Positions 9,061 to 19,768 of a stretch of 53,065 nt of DNA are shown here, piece after piece. The notes under the pieces were generated by a model. It was not told the DNA's origin, did not search any database, and saw nothing but the letters and a program-made list of their open reading frames with translations. Both the position numbers and the translations under genes were made by a program. The DNA lies in the sequence record SRR22947725_5774, one strand, 5' to 3'. Position 1 is the first letter of the stretch, and every line of letters starts with the position of its first letter.

Positions 9061-10764
9061 GTGGTGTCAGAAAGTTCGATGTATAAAACTTTGCTAATTC
9101 CAAACCTTTTATCAATTACCGAAGTTGCTTTAACAGAACTTTCTTCAATAATAGACAGAGTCAAAATAATCTGTGTGTCGAGATTCGTAGAAAGTCAAAA
9201 ATCAGAAAAAATGTTTGTGGAGGAGCATCAAACTTTTAATCACACCATAGCATGGCTATGCACATATTATATGGCTCTAGAGCGAATGCAAAAATGGTCT
9301 TCGCAGTTGAAGTTGAAGAATCGTCTGGGGGAAGTCGAAACCTTAATCCACCAAATAGCTTTTAGTGAGTATCTAGCACAAATCAAAGGTGGCATACCTA
9401 TTTCTCAAGGTGAAATAGTAAGGTTAACTGATATCGAGATTGATGTTGAAAACGAATCGTTGTTCACAAACCCTGACATCAAAAAGCTAATTAATTTGGG
9501 TGCATCTCAAGATTGTAAGAAGTTTCTAATTTTACACTTATCTGAATGTTCTAAAAATGAGTTAACAGGTGACACTGGCTTAACGTCTGAATTAAATATG
9601 ATTCGAGATCAATTCAGACGTTTTAGTATTGAAAAAGTAGATCCTTTTGCCCAAAACTGGCACCTTAATGATGAATTAATACCGATGAACCTTATCCAAG
9701 AAATGGCAAACCTCGGTGTATTTGGAATGTCTATTCCTGAACAGTACGGTGGGTTAGGTTTGTCAAAAATTGCGGTATGTGTCGTCTCGGAAGAATTATC
9801 CAGGGGTTACATTGGCGTCGGGAGTTTAGGGACTCGTAGTGATATCGCAGCTGAATTAATTTTGTGTGGAGGAACAGACAATCAAAAAGGAAAATGGCTT
9901 CCAAAAATAGCTAACGGAGAAATTTTACCAACCGCTGTTTTCACTGAACCTAACACAGGATCCGATCTCGGTGCTCTAACTACAAAAGCAATTAAATTTA
10001 ACAATGGTTACAAGATCACTGGAAATAAAACTTGGATTACTCATGGAAGTCGTGCTCAGTTAATGACAGTACTTACTCGGACAAGCAGAACACTTTCCAA
10101 CCACAAGGGGTTATCGATGTTCCTAGCTGAAAAAACACCTGGTAATAATGATGATTTTTTTCCTGATACGGCTCTTACTGGAGGAGAAATTCAGGTAATA
10201 GGTTATAGAGGTATGAAAGAATTTGAACTTGCTTTTAATGAGTTTTACGTACCAAAAGAGAACTTACTTGGTGAAAAAGAAGGTTTTGGTTTTAATCAAC
10301 TTATGCAAACATTTGAGTCAGCGAGAATACAAACCGCTTCCAGAGCTATTGGCATCACACAATCCGCTTGTGAGCTGGCTATAAAGTATGCCAATGACCG
10401 ACATCAATTTGGTAAAAAAATAATAAAGTTCCCTAGAGTATATAATAAGCTTGCTATGATGGTTGTAGAACTAATGGTGAGTAGACAACTGACTTATTAC
10501 GCTGCTGAACAAAAAGATAATAATAAAAGATGTGACTTGGAAGCGGGTATGGCAAAGCTACTTTCTTCCAGAGTAGCCTGGTCAGCTGCCGATAACTCTC
10601 TTCAAATTCATGGTAGCTATGGATATGCTTTAGAGCATCCAGCAAGCCGTCTCCTGTGCGACGCAAGGATTATTAATATTTTTGAAGGCACAGCTGAGAT
10701 TCAAGCTAACGTTATATCTAGAAGAATATTATCAAATTCAATTAACGAAAAAAATATCTCATAA
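9061..10764 (+). CDS. mcd: Acyl-CoA dehydrogenase, probably (2S)-methylsuccinyl-CoA dehydrogenase of the ethylmalonyl-CoA pathway
   Basis: About 170-aa N-terminal extension plus an ACAD core (FTEPNTGSD, GNKTWITH, GYRGMKE, IFEGTAEIQA); position between pckA and recO matches Rhodobacter mcd from recall. Confidence 0.8.
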   Translation: MVSESSMYKTLLIPNLLSITEVALTELSSIIDRVKIICVSRFVESQKSEKMFVEEHQTFNHTIAWLCTYYMALERMQKWSSQLKLKNRLGEVETLIHQIAFSEYLAQIKGGIPISQGEIVRLTDIEIDVENESLFTNPDIKKLINLGASQDCKKFLILHLSECSKNELTGDTGLTSELNMIRDQFRRFSIEKVDPFAQNWHLNDELIPMNLIQEMANLGVFGMSIPEQYGGLGLSKIAVCVVSEELSRGYIGVGSLGTRSDIAAELILCGGTDNQKGKWLPKIANGEILPTAVFTEPNTGSDLGALTTKAIKFNNGYKITGNKTWITHGSRAQLMTVLTRTSRTLSNHKGLSMFLAEKTPGNNDDFFPDTALTGGEIQVIGYRGMKEFELAFNEFYVPKENLLGEKEGFGFNQLMQTFESARIQTASRAIGITQSACELAIKYANDRHQFGKKIIKFPRVYNKLAMMVVELMVSRQLTYYAAEQKDNNKRCDLEAGMAKLLSSRVAWSAADNSLQIHGSYGYALEHPASRLLCDARIINIFEGTAEIQANVISRRILSNSINEKNIS

Positions 10765-11490
10765 TGCTCCTTTATGTCTGAGAATATTTAAAAGTCTTTC
10801 CCTAGATGCTGGGAGAGGCCTATCATTCATCAAGGGTGCCAACCAATTCTTTAAAAAATATCCTGTAACCTTAAATCCATCCTCTAAGCTGGCATCGGAA
10901 CTCTGATCAATGTCCGTAAGACAAGCAGGCAAAGGTAGTAACTTATCAGCCCATTTTCCTGCGGCTTTTTTTGACACGGCTCGGCCAGATTTTGGTGAAA
11001 TATATCGCAAATTTTCACTTTGATTCGTTACAGCGCATCTATCTAAGTCAAGACCAAACCCCATATCTTGGAGTAGGGCCAGCTCCCATTTCATATAGAA
11101 GAAAGGCCAGTTAGTGTTATTAATTAACATGTCTAAGAGATGAATTGTGCGATCGTATAGCAATGGATGAGGGTCCCTTTCAGATAACGAAAACCTCAAA
11201 AGGCTACAAATAACGCTTAATCCAGCTAAAGAATCTCGCTGATTTAATACCATTGAAAACCTTGAACTTAACATTTCCGTAGAAAACACACCAAGGTGAT
11301 TTTCTAACCTTGCTCTCCACGTTACATCCAGCTGTGCACCAGGTTGTAAGGTTGGTGCAATTTTCTTAGATTTTCCACCTCTCACAACGCCATAATAAAC
11401 TCCATATTCTCGAGTAAAAACTTCTATAATAGTAGATGTTTCTCCTAAATTCCGTACACCCAATAATAAACCTTCTGCGCTCCATTCCAT
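10759..11490 (-). CDS. recO: DNA repair protein RecO
   Basis: MEWSAEG N-terminus, GVVRGG, GFGLDLDRCAV and YISPKSGRAVS. The ATG at 11490 overlaps the upstream TGA. Confidence 0.93.
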   Translation of the reverse strand: MEWSAEGLLLGVRNLGETSTIIEVFTREYGVYYGVVRGGKSKKIAPTLQPGAQLDVTWRARLENHLGVFSTEMLSSRFSMVLNQRDSLAGLSVICSLLRFSLSERDPHPLLYDRTIHLLDMLINNTNWPFFYMKWELALLQDMGFGLDLDRCAVTNQSENLRYISPKSGRAVSKKAAGKWADKLLPLPACLTDIDQSSDASLEDGFKVTGYFLKNWLAPLMNDRPLPASRERLLNILRHKGAL

Positions 11491-11822
11491 CAATCACTGA
11501 TTCCTGGCTCATTAAGCAAATGTCTACCTTGCTTGTCCTCGACTTCAATAACCCATATGTCAGGATCATATTCTTTTTGTTTGTCCAGTTTCTTATCAAC
11601 CTCTAGCTCAATACCCTCAGACAAAATTACCCAAGATCTACTGTCAGAAGCTAAATCAAAAGATCTTTGATATGCTTTAGCCAAGCCATCCAACGTATTC
11701 AATTTAACAAAAACTGTTCCTGCATTCAGATCACCTTTTTGTGTAACAAACGAAGGAATTCCTTTCAATCTAAGCCTGGTAATATAACTATGGGCCCATA
11801 GCTCAGTGGTTAACCTAATCAT
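11490..11822 (-). CDS. DUF1491 family protein
   Basis: RLTTELWAHSY, KGDLNAG and DPDIWVIEVEDKQGRH; conserved position between era and recO. Confidence 0.85.
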   Translation of the reverse strand: MIRLTTELWAHSYITRLRLKGIPSFVTQKGDLNAGTVFVKLNTLDGLAKAYQRSFDLASDSRSWVILSEGIELEVDKKLDKQKEYDPDIWVIEVEDKQGRHLLNEPGISD

Positions 11823-12730
11823 ACGTTTCCATCATTATAGCTTAGACCCATTTCAGTATATCTGGCTTTTTCTTCTTGCCAATTAGGTCGGACCTTTACT
11901 TTAAGTAATAAATGAACGGTAAGACCTAAGAACTCAATTAGATCAGCTCTAGCGTCCTGTCCAATAGACTTAATGGTAGTACCTTTATTGCCCAAAATAA
12001 TTCCCTTATGTCCATCTCTAACAACATAGATAATCTGCTCTATCAAAACAGAGCCGTCAGGTTTTTCTACCCACCGCTCTGTTTCAACAGTAAGTTGATA
12101 AGGTAACTCTTGATGGAGTCTAAGAATAAGTTTCTCTCTAGTAATCTCAGAAGCAATAACCCGCAACGGTAAATCCGCTATCTGTTCCTCTGGGTACAAC
12201 CATGGCTCTTGAGGAAGCATACTAGCCAACCACAACTTTAGCTTATCAACTCCGTGACCCTTCTCCGCCGAAATCATGAAGGTTTCCTCAAAATTGAATA
12301 TCTCATTTAGTTCCCTCGTAATACTAAGTAATTTTTCAGGACTAGTGCGATCAATCTTATTTATAACTAAAATAACATGCTTAGACTGAACTTTGCCATC
12401 CATCTCCTCAATTATTTTTCTTACTGTTTCAGTAATTCCCTTATGGGCTTCTATCAATAAAGCTACTACATCTGCATCAATCGCTCCACTCCAAGCTGAA
12501 GCAACCATTGCACGATCTAAGCGCCGTTTTGTTTTAAAAAGACCAGGAGTATCAACGAATACGATTTGTGTGTCCCCTTCAATAGCCACACCTCGAATTC
12601 TTCCCCTTGTTGTTTGGACTTTATGAGTAACAATGGAAATTTTTGAGCCAACCATTCGATTTAATAATGTTGACTTTCCAACATTTGGTTCACCAATTAA
12701 TGCAACAAACCCTGCTCTTTTTTTACTCAC
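11819..12730 (-). CDS. era: GTPase Era
   Basis: [20 protein letters not shown] and a KH domain. Probable GTG start at 12730 overlapping the rnc end. Confidence 0.95.
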   Translation of the reverse strand: MSKKRAGFVALIGEPNVGKSTLLNRMVGSKISIVTHKVQTTRGRIRGVAIEGDTQIVFVDTPGLFKTKRRLDRAMVASAWSGAIDADVVALLIEAHKGITETVRKIIEEMDGKVQSKHVILVINKIDRTSPEKLLSITRELNEIFNFEETFMISAEKGHGVDKLKLWLASMLPQEPWLYPEEQIADLPLRVIASEITREKLILRLHQELPYQLTVETERWVEKPDGSVLIEQIIYVVRDGHKGIILGNKGTTIKSIGQDARADLIEFLGLTVHLLLKVKVRPNWQEEKARYTEMGLSYNDGNV

Positions 12731-13406
12731 CTTTAATCCTTTCAAGTAAATTCTTAGCAGCAACCTGCTCAGCTAATCTTTTTGATTTAGAGGTGCCTTC
12801 TTCACACTCTCCAGAAGCAACCAGAACAGAAACTTTAAAAATTGGGTCATGGTCTGGCCCTGAACGCTCTACTACAGAATAAATTGGTGGGCTCTGTCCC
12901 CAGCCCTGAACTAACTCTTGGAGGGAAGTCTTTGGGTCTCTGGCATCATGTTCTACCTTATTTATTCGATCTCCCCATAACCGAGTAATAAAATCACTCA
13001 CTACAACAAATCCGCCATCAAGATAAATGGCGGCTATCAATGCTTCCATTGTGTCTCCCAATATAGCTTGTTTTTTCCGCCCACCAGACGCCATTTCAGA
13101 ATTTCCAAGTTTCAAAACTTCACCTAAATTGATTTCACGAGCAATTTCAGCACAAGTTTCTTTTCTGACCATAGCGTTAAATCTAGGGGCCAACACACCC
13201 TCCGACGCACTGTTATCTTTCTCCAAGAGTGTTTGCGCTATTACTAGTCCAAGGACACGATCCCCAAGAAACTCCAATCTCTGATTGTCAGGCCTAGTAG
13301 CAGAAGAAAACGAACTATGAGTAAGTGCTCTAACTAACAGTTCTGGGTTGTTAAAAGAATATTTTATCCTCTTAGAAAAAGCACTCAATTCAGAGGATAA
13401 TTTCAT
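12723..13406 (-). CDS. rnc: Ribonuclease III
   Basis: NQRLEFLGD signature; dsRBD with DPKTSLQE and GPDHDP. Confidence 0.96.
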   Translation of the reverse strand: MKLSSELSAFSKRIKYSFNNPELLVRALTHSSFSSATRPDNQRLEFLGDRVLGLVIAQTLLEKDNSASEGVLAPRFNAMVRKETCAEIAREINLGEVLKLGNSEMASGGRKKQAILGDTMEALIAAIYLDGGFVVVSDFITRLWGDRINKVEHDARDPKTSLQELVQGWGQSPPIYSVVERSGPDHDPIFKVSVLVASGECEEGTSKSKRLAEQVAAKNLLERIKGE

Positions 13407-13534
13407 AGGCTTCCCTTAATCATTAACATAGTACTACGGACATATATTATTTATCGATAATTATATCATAGATCATAATTTGTTCTTATTTACTATTAAG
13501 CCGATGTTTGCTTATAACATAAATTTTTTTTATA

Positions 13535-14323
13535 TTAGTAGACTGCTTTAAAAAATCGTTCTTTTCGCCAGGTCCAGAAATAAAGCATCTTTTTCCCTGC
13601 TGATGAAAACAATATCCGATCTGCTCGTCCTAAAAGATTTTGAAATGGCACAAAGCCTACACCACCTCTTTGTTGCATAAATCTAGAATCTACAGAATTA
13701 TCTCTATTGTCGCCCATAAAAAAGAAATGCCCCACTGGTACGTTAAAAGCTCGTGTATTATCTCCAGGCAAACCGTCTCGGATATTTAAAACATGATGTT
13801 CTGGGCTGCCTTCCAAAGACTCCAAAAGCTTCTCTTTCTTACATACTGCTCCTGTTTGAGCAGTATTATTAGAGCAGGCAGGATACCCCCCCATTGAACC
13901 TTGCCCTTCATAGATCTCTTCAAAGTATCCATTATCCACTTGCTTTTGTTCATTACCATTTAAGAAAATGATACCATCTTTGACATGGATGGTATCACCA
14001 GGCAAACCAATCAGACGTTTAATATAGTCCTGTCCACTTATTGGATGCCTAAAAACCACGACATCTCCTCGAGACGGGTCCTTAGCAAAAATTCTACCAG
14101 AAATAGGGCAAATATTAAATGGACAAGAATATTTTGAGTAACCATAGACCATCTTATTAACAAATAGGAAATCACCAACTAAAAGAGTATCTTTCATAGA
14201 CCCAGACGGGATCCAAAAAGGTTGGAAAAAAAGGCTTCGAAAAATGCCTGCTATTAATAAAGCGTACACTATTGTTTTAATAGTTTCCACTATACCATCT
14301 TTTTTTTCTATTTTACTTGCCAT
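13535..14323 (-). CDS. lepB: Signal peptidase I
   Basis: IPSGSM (catalytic Ser), YIKRLIGLPGD (catalytic Lys) and GDNRDNSVDSR. Confidence 0.96.
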   Translation of the reverse strand: MASKIEKKDGIVETIKTIVYALLIAGIFRSLFFQPFWIPSGSMKDTLLVGDFLFVNKMVYGYSKYSCPFNICPISGRIFAKDPSRGDVVVFRHPISGQDYIKRLIGLPGDTIHVKDGIIFLNGNEQKQVDNGYFEEIYEGQGSMGGYPACSNNTAQTGAVCKKEKLLESLEGSPEHHVLNIRDGLPGDNTRAFNVPVGHFFFMGDNRDNSVDSRFMQQRGGVGFVPFQNLLGRADRILFSSAGKKMLYFWTWRKERFFKAVY

Positions 14324-14374
14324 TTTTCACTCTCTTAAATCTTTACTGCTAGATGCGGGCTACAGTGACTTAAG

Positions 14375-14779
14375 TCAACCAATTCTTGGTATGGATTCAA
14401 TTAGAACAAACGCCTGAGCCCACGGGTGATCATCAGTCAATGATACGTGAACAAATGCTTTATGGCCCTTTGGTGTCAGACTATTGAGTCTTTTTTCAGC
14501 CCATCCAGTTAGTTTCATTACCGGTTGACCGGTATTAAGATTTATTACTCCCATATCTCTCCATGAAATACCCATCCTCAGCCCAGTCCCTAAAGCCTTA
14601 GAACAAGCTTCTTTTGCTGCCCATCGTTTTGCTAATGTACTAGCTTCATCTGGACGCGATTTTGCCTTAGATTTTTCTAGCTCGGTAAATACTCGATTCC
14701 TGAACCGATCTCCAAAACGCTTTAGTGTCGCTTCTATACGATCAATATTTGCTAAGTCAGTTCCAATTCCAATAATCAT
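14375..14779 (-). CDS. acpS: Holo-ACP synthase
   Basis: [21 protein letters not shown] and SLTDD. Confidence 0.95.
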   Translation of the reverse strand: MIIGIGTDLANIDRIEATLKRFGDRFRNRVFTELEKSKAKSRPDEASTLAKRWAAKEACSKALGTGLRMGISWRDMGVINLNTGQPVMKLTGWAEKRLNSLTPKGHKAFVHVSLTDDHPWAQAFVLIESIPRIG

Positions 14780-14816
14780 AGTAAATTATCCAAAAACTTT
14801 AACCTAAACTTTCTAC

Positions 14817-15569
14817 TTAAGCATTTTTTCGAGCATTATCCATCAGTAATCTCATCTCGCTAATTGCCGTATCTAGTCCCTTAAAAATTGCTTCTCCAAC
14901 TAAAAAATGACCAATGTTTAACTCTACCAATTCAGGTATTTCGGCTACTGACCTCACCGTATCATAAGTCAGTCCATGTCCAGCATGAACCTCCAACCCT
15001 AATGATTTAGCAAAAGTTGCCATTTCTTTCAAACTCTTTAATTCTAAGTTTGCTTTAGTGTTAAGGTCTTCTGCATAAGCATCACAATATGCCCCCGTAT
15101 GGAGTTCTACAACTGAAGCACCTATTCTAGCTGCAGATTCAATTTGTGACTGGTCTGCCGCAATAAAGATAGACACCCTACACCCAACCTCATTTAAAGG
15201 AGCAATAAAATGTGCAAGCCTGTTTTCCTCTTTAGAAACCTCTAGACCACCCTCGGTAGTCCTTTCTTCCCGTTTCTCTGGAACAAGACAGACTGCATGA
15301 GGTCTGTACTTAAGTGCTATTTTTTGCATTTCATCTGTTGCTGCCATTTCAAAGTTTAATGGTATTTTAAGATGTTCAACTAACGCATCAATATCCGAAT
15401 CTGTAATATGGCGGCGATCCTCTCTAAGGTGCGCTGTGATACCATCTGCTCCAGAGAGTTCGGCAATTTTTGCTGCTCTTAGTGGATCAGGATTACTCCC
15501 TCCGCGTGCATTCCTTACGGTTGCAACGTGATCAATATTTACTCCAAGACGTAATTTGTGTTTATCCAT
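14817..15569 (-). CDS. pdxJ: Pyridoxine 5'-phosphate synthase
   Basis: LGVNIDHVATVRNAR, HLREDRRHI, HAGHGL and ELNIGH. Confidence 0.97.
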   Translation of the reverse strand: MDKHKLRLGVNIDHVATVRNARGGSNPDPLRAAKIAELSGADGITAHLREDRRHITDSDIDALVEHLKIPLNFEMAATDEMQKIALKYRPHAVCLVPEKREERTTEGGLEVSKEENRLAHFIAPLNEVGCRVSIFIAADQSQIESAARIGASVVELHTGAYCDAYAEDLNTKANLELKSLKEMATFAKSLGLEVHAGHGLTYDTVRSVAEIPELVELNIGHFLVGEAIFKGLDTAISEMRLLMDNARKNA

Positions 15570-15746
15570 TGCTCTCTCTTATTTAAATATTAACATTTAG
15601 TTTGAATAGTTCTAATGCGGTTTTTATCCGATATCAAAACATTTGTACGTCAACCTTACTAGTAAATAATATAACAAACCCTACTCACCTCTCTATTATT
15701 TTATTTAAAATATAAAAAACAAATAAAGAAATAGATTAAACAATAA

Positions 15747-16373
15747 TTAAGAACCTTTTTTTCGATATTTTGTGAGTTTTTTAATAAGGATACCCTTTGA
15801 TCTGTTTTTGAAAGCAAAGATCAATGGAAAACTAATATAATAACAAATCAAAGCCGTTACTAATCCCGGAATTATACATCCTATTGAATAAGGCAAAAAT
15901 ACCTCATTTATGAATAACCCTAGTTTATGCCATTTTGTTGGTTGATGTAGAGTAATGGCTACTAAATTTTGACCAAAATCACTCCAAGCACCAATAAATA
16001 TTTCAATTATTTTATCTGGTGCCAACTGATCTATTCCTAAGATAAAACAACCAAAATTTAATGAAATCACCCCTATAGGTACATAGGTTAAGGGGTTTCC
16101 AAAGAAAGTACCGGTTAAAGCTGCTAACATATTTCCCCTAATTAACTTAGCAATAATAATAGCAACAAAAAAATGAAATCCGTAAAGTGGTGTAAACGAA
16201 GCAAATACACCAGCGGCGATACCAAGAGATATTCTCTTTGGAGAGTCAGGAAGCCTTTTAATTCTATATTTAACATACTCAAACCTACGACTCCAACCAC
16301 CGTTTGGCCAAAGAAAATGCCAAAACCATAGCAGCCATGTTTTTGATGTTCTTCGTTTAAACACTTTCGACAA
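15747..16373 (-). CDS. DUF2062 membrane protein
   Basis: RLPDSP, GVFASFTP and GTFFGNPLT; TTG start with a GGAGA SD; sits between rel and pdxJ. Confidence 0.82.
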   Translation of the reverse strand: MSKVFKRRTSKTWLLWFWHFLWPNGGWSRRFEYVKYRIKRLPDSPKRISLGIAAGVFASFTPLYGFHFFVAIIIAKLIRGNMLAALTGTFFGNPLTYVPIGVISLNFGCFILGIDQLAPDKIIEIFIGAWSDFGQNLVAITLHQPTKWHKLGLFINEVFLPYSIGCIIPGLVTALICYYISFPLIFAFKNRSKGILIKKLTKYRKKGS

Positions 16374-16404
16374 TTTCTCCGTAAGCTACTAGATCTTCAT
16401 TACT

Positions 16405-18531
16405 TTATTTAGGTTTCAACTCAACGTCTTTATGCCTCTCTAAAGCAGCAACATAGCTATCAGCTTCAATAGCTACCATGATAGTATGCAAATGCTCAGA
16501 GTCGCTAACATCCACGTCCAATAAAATACGAAAATAATCAGGTTTCCTATCTATAAAATGTAAATCTGAAATATTTGCTCTTTGCTCTCCAATTAAGGTA
16601 CAAAGCCTACCTAAAACTCCAGAATCGTTCACTATTGTCAAGTTAAGGGTGACTGTATTTGTTGCTAGATGTTTTCCTGTATCCCAATGGACATCAACCC
16701 AACGATCTGACTCACTATCAATCTCAACGAGCGAACCACAATCTATAGAATGGACAAAAACACCGTCACCTCGGTGTTTAATCCCAACAATTCTCTCTCC
16801 AGGCAAGGGAAGGCAGCAACGCGATCTCTTTATTTGAACACCTTTTGGTAAACCTATAACTGAACGTTTAGAATACGGTCCATCAAGCCTCGATTTCTCA
16901 ACTAAATCAGGATAGATAGCATTCACAACATCTTTAGAAGATAACTCCGTGGAACCAACTAATTCCAGTAAGCTAGTTGCATCCTGCAAATTTAATTCCT
17001 TAGCTGCTATGGATAATGCTTTCTCTGTTGATCTCTTCCCAATGTGTTCAAAGGCCGCTCTTACAAGCTCCCTACCTAATTTTACAAATCTGTCACGATG
17101 CTCTTCCCTTAAAGACCTTCTTATTGCCGCTTTAGCACGACCAGTAACAACAATATCTTTCCAAGTTGGTTGAGGTTTTTGACCATCTGCCGTAACGATA
17201 TCAACTGATTGGCCATTACGGAGCCTCGTCCACAAAGGCACTCTTATTCCATTAACTTTTGCACCCACACACGAATGCCCAATTCTTGTATGGATAGCAT
17301 AGGCAAAATCTAGAGGCGTTGCGCCTCGAGGCAACTTGACTACCTCTCCTTTAGGCGTGAAGCAAAATACTTGATCAGTGTACATTTCTAATTTTACGTG
17401 TTCAAGAAACTCGTCATGATCATCAGCTTGTTCTATACGCTCATTCATAGCATCCACCCACCTAGAAGGGTCCAATGTGAATGGATTCTCTACTCTAATG
17501 CCGTCTCGGAAGGCCCAATGTGCTGCCACTCCAGTTTCTGCAACGTCATTCATTTCCCTAGTTCGGATTTGAACCTCTACTTGCGTTCCATCGCGCCCAG
17601 AAACAGTAGTATGGATGGAATGATACCCGTTAGATTTAGGCTGACTAATATAGTCTTTAAATCGCCCAGGAACAGCCGTCCATCTCTGATGGATGATACC
17701 TAAGGCCTTGTAACAATCATCTTCTTTATCTGTGATTATTCGAAAACCATAAATATCTGATAACTGTGAAAAACCCTGTTTTTTTTCTTCCATCTTCCGC
17801 CATATGGAGTAAGGTTTTTTCGCTCTACCATAAACGTCACTATTTAGTTCAGATTTTGATAGTTCTGTTTTTATATCTTTTGTAATTTTTGGAACAACAC
17901 TTCCAGTTTCTTTTTGTAAAGTGATAAAACGGCGAATTATAGAGTTCCGTGCATCTGGATTTAAAACTCTGAAAGCGAGGTCTTCCAACTCTTCTCTCAT
18001 CCAGTGCATTCCGATTCTTCCAGCTAAAGGAGCAAAAATGTCCATTGTTTCTATGGACTTTTTAATCTGCTTTTCTGGAGTCATATGCTTGATAGTTCGC
18101 ATATTATGTAATCTATCAGCTAACTTTACTAAGATAACTCGTAAATCTTTAGACATGGCCATAAAAAGTTTTCGAAAGTTCTCAGCCTGCTTAGTTTCTG
18201 TTGAATTAAGCTGAAGGTTGGTTAGCTTTGTTACTCCGTCTACCAAACCTGCAACTTCAGAACCAAAGCTTTTTTCTACTTCAGAGAAAGTAGACTTCGT
18301 ATCCTCCAAGGTATCGTGTAATAAAGCTGTCACAATAGATGCGTCATCAAGTCGTTGCTCAGTAAGAATTGCCGCAACAGCTACAGGGTGAGAAAAATAT
18401 GGCTCACCAGAACGACGCGATTGTCCTGTGTGCATACTTCTTGAGTACTCGAAAGCTTTATTTATTAGTTTATAATTAGTTTTTGGATTATAGACTTTAA
18501 CCAAGCGTATTAGCTCTTTGGCTTCAATCAT
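16405..18531 (-). CDS. spoT: Bifunctional (p)ppGpp synthetase/hydrolase (Rel/SpoT)
   Basis: Intact HD motif (LHDTLED), KLADRLHNMRT, RFKDYI, TGS domain (DFAYAIHT) and C-terminal ACT domain. Confidence 0.95.
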   Translation of the reverse strand: MIEAKELIRLVKVYNPKTNYKLINKAFEYSRSMHTGQSRRSGEPYFSHPVAVAAILTEQRLDDASIVTALLHDTLEDTKSTFSEVEKSFGSEVAGLVDGVTKLTNLQLNSTETKQAENFRKLFMAMSKDLRVILVKLADRLHNMRTIKHMTPEKQIKKSIETMDIFAPLAGRIGMHWMREELEDLAFRVLNPDARNSIIRRFITLQKETGSVVPKITKDIKTELSKSELNSDVYGRAKKPYSIWRKMEEKKQGFSQLSDIYGFRIITDKEDDCYKALGIIHQRWTAVPGRFKDYISQPKSNGYHSIHTTVSGRDGTQVEVQIRTREMNDVAETGVAAHWAFRDGIRVENPFTLDPSRWVDAMNERIEQADDHDEFLEHVKLEMYTDQVFCFTPKGEVVKLPRGATPLDFAYAIHTRIGHSCVGAKVNGIRVPLWTRLRNGQSVDIVTADGQKPQPTWKDIVVTGRAKAAIRRSLREEHRDRFVKLGRELVRAAFEHIGKRSTEKALSIAAKELNLQDATSLLELVGSTELSSKDVVNAIYPDLVEKSRLDGPYSKRSVIGLPKGVQIKRSRCCLPLPGERIVGIKHRGDGVFVHSIDCGSLVEIDSESDRWVDVHWDTGKHLATNTVTLNLTIVNDSGVLGRLCTLIGEQRANISDLHFIDRKPDYFRILLDVDVSDSEHLHTIMVAIEADSYVAALERHKDVELKPK

Positions 18532-18560
18532 AAAAAATCCACCACATGTTTACTACAACC

Positions 18561-18914
18561 CTAATCTTCTGCTTGAGCTTCCATTAAAGCACGAAGAAGT
18601 TTTTCTTCAGACATATCATCATCAGCTACCTCATCGTCCTCGATACCCATTAACAAAGCCATTTCATCTTCTTCCGGTTCGTCCACCTCAATCTGAATTT
18701 GATTGCTCTCAATTAACCTTTCTCTTAATTCATCGGCTGACTGAGTTTCATCTGCTATCTCTCTTAAGCTTACAACAGGGTTCTTATCATTATCCCTTAT
18801 CACAGTTATCGCAGATCCAGTAGATATCTCGCGTGCGCGATGAGCCGCGAGCAAAACTAAGTCAAATCTATTTGGTACTTTATCAACACAATCTTCTACA
18901 GTAACACGAGCCAT
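18561..18914 (-). CDS. rpoZ: RNA polymerase omega subunit
   Basis: MARVTVEDC and [14 protein letters not shown], with the acidic alphaproteobacterial tail. Confidence 0.97.
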   Translation of the reverse strand: MARVTVEDCVDKVPNRFDLVLLAAHRAREISTGSAITVIRDNDKNPVVSLREIADETQSADELRERLIESNQIQIEVDEPEEDEMALLMGIEDDEVADDDMSEEKLLRALMEAQAED

Positions 18915-19003
18915 AGCACACTCCGGTTTAATTAAAGGGATCTGAGTATTCGCCCTAAACTTTTAAAACAAAAAATACAACTAAAAAGTTAAGGGACGAT
19001 CAA

Positions 19004-19573
19004 TTAAATTTGATAAATTATTTCCTTATCCATTGGCTTAAGAGCTCCAAGCATTTGCGTTAAAGTCTTTTTAAAAACTGGATGCACCCAGTTTTTCGAA
19101 ACATCTAAAAAAGGTACAAGAACAAAAACTCTATCCTGGATACGTGGGTGAGGCAGTATTAATTTAGAAGGAACTCGTTTGATCTGCTCTGTTATTGTTA
19201 AATTAGACCACTTTAGAAACTCATACTGTGATGGGTATATTTGATCTTCAAATGCAAGTAGATCTATATCAATTGGTCTTGGTGCCCATCTGTATGACCT
19301 AGTTCTATCAAAAATACTTTCAATTTTATGAAACTTCTTTAGCAATTCTTCTGCATTTGTATCAGTTTGAATATATGCCACAGCGTTCACAAAATCTGGA
19401 CCACTTCCTAGAGGGAAAGCCGGTGTTGAGTAAAAATTACTTAATTTTGAAATCTCTAACGAATCACTTTCAAGTTCTTTTAGAGCAGCTATAATGGTTT
19501 GCTTTGGCTCACCAACGGAAGAGACAACATTACCACCAAATGCTACAAATGCTTTCTTGAACCTGTTTGACAT
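19004..19573 (-). CDS. folK: 2-amino-4-hydroxy-6-hydroxymethyldihydropteridine pyrophosphokinase
   Basis: AFGGN, DFVNAV, RWAPRPIDIDLL and LPHPRIQDRVFVLVP. Probable ATG at 19573. Confidence 0.92.
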   Translation of the reverse strand: MSNRFKKAFVAFGGNVVSSVGEPKQTIIAALKELESDSLEISKLSNFYSTPAFPLGSGPDFVNAVAYIQTDTNAEELLKKFHKIESIFDRTRSYRWAPRPIDIDLLAFEDQIYPSQYEFLKWSNLTITEQIKRVPSKLILPHPRIQDRVFVLVPFLDVSKNWVHPVFKKTLTQMLGALKPMDKEIIYQI

Positions 19574-19768
19574 AAAAATATACTCTAAAAACATTAAAAA
19601 TGATTTGGTTCGAACACTTACTTTTTTTATATTTATTATATATGCATTTTGAAGGTTCACTAATATTGAAGAGATAATAATACTACAATAAGTTTTTTAA
19701 AAATAGTCTTTTAGTATCGTATTGATTAGCATTCTAATTTCAATTTGGATAAAAATGGAGAGGTTAAG

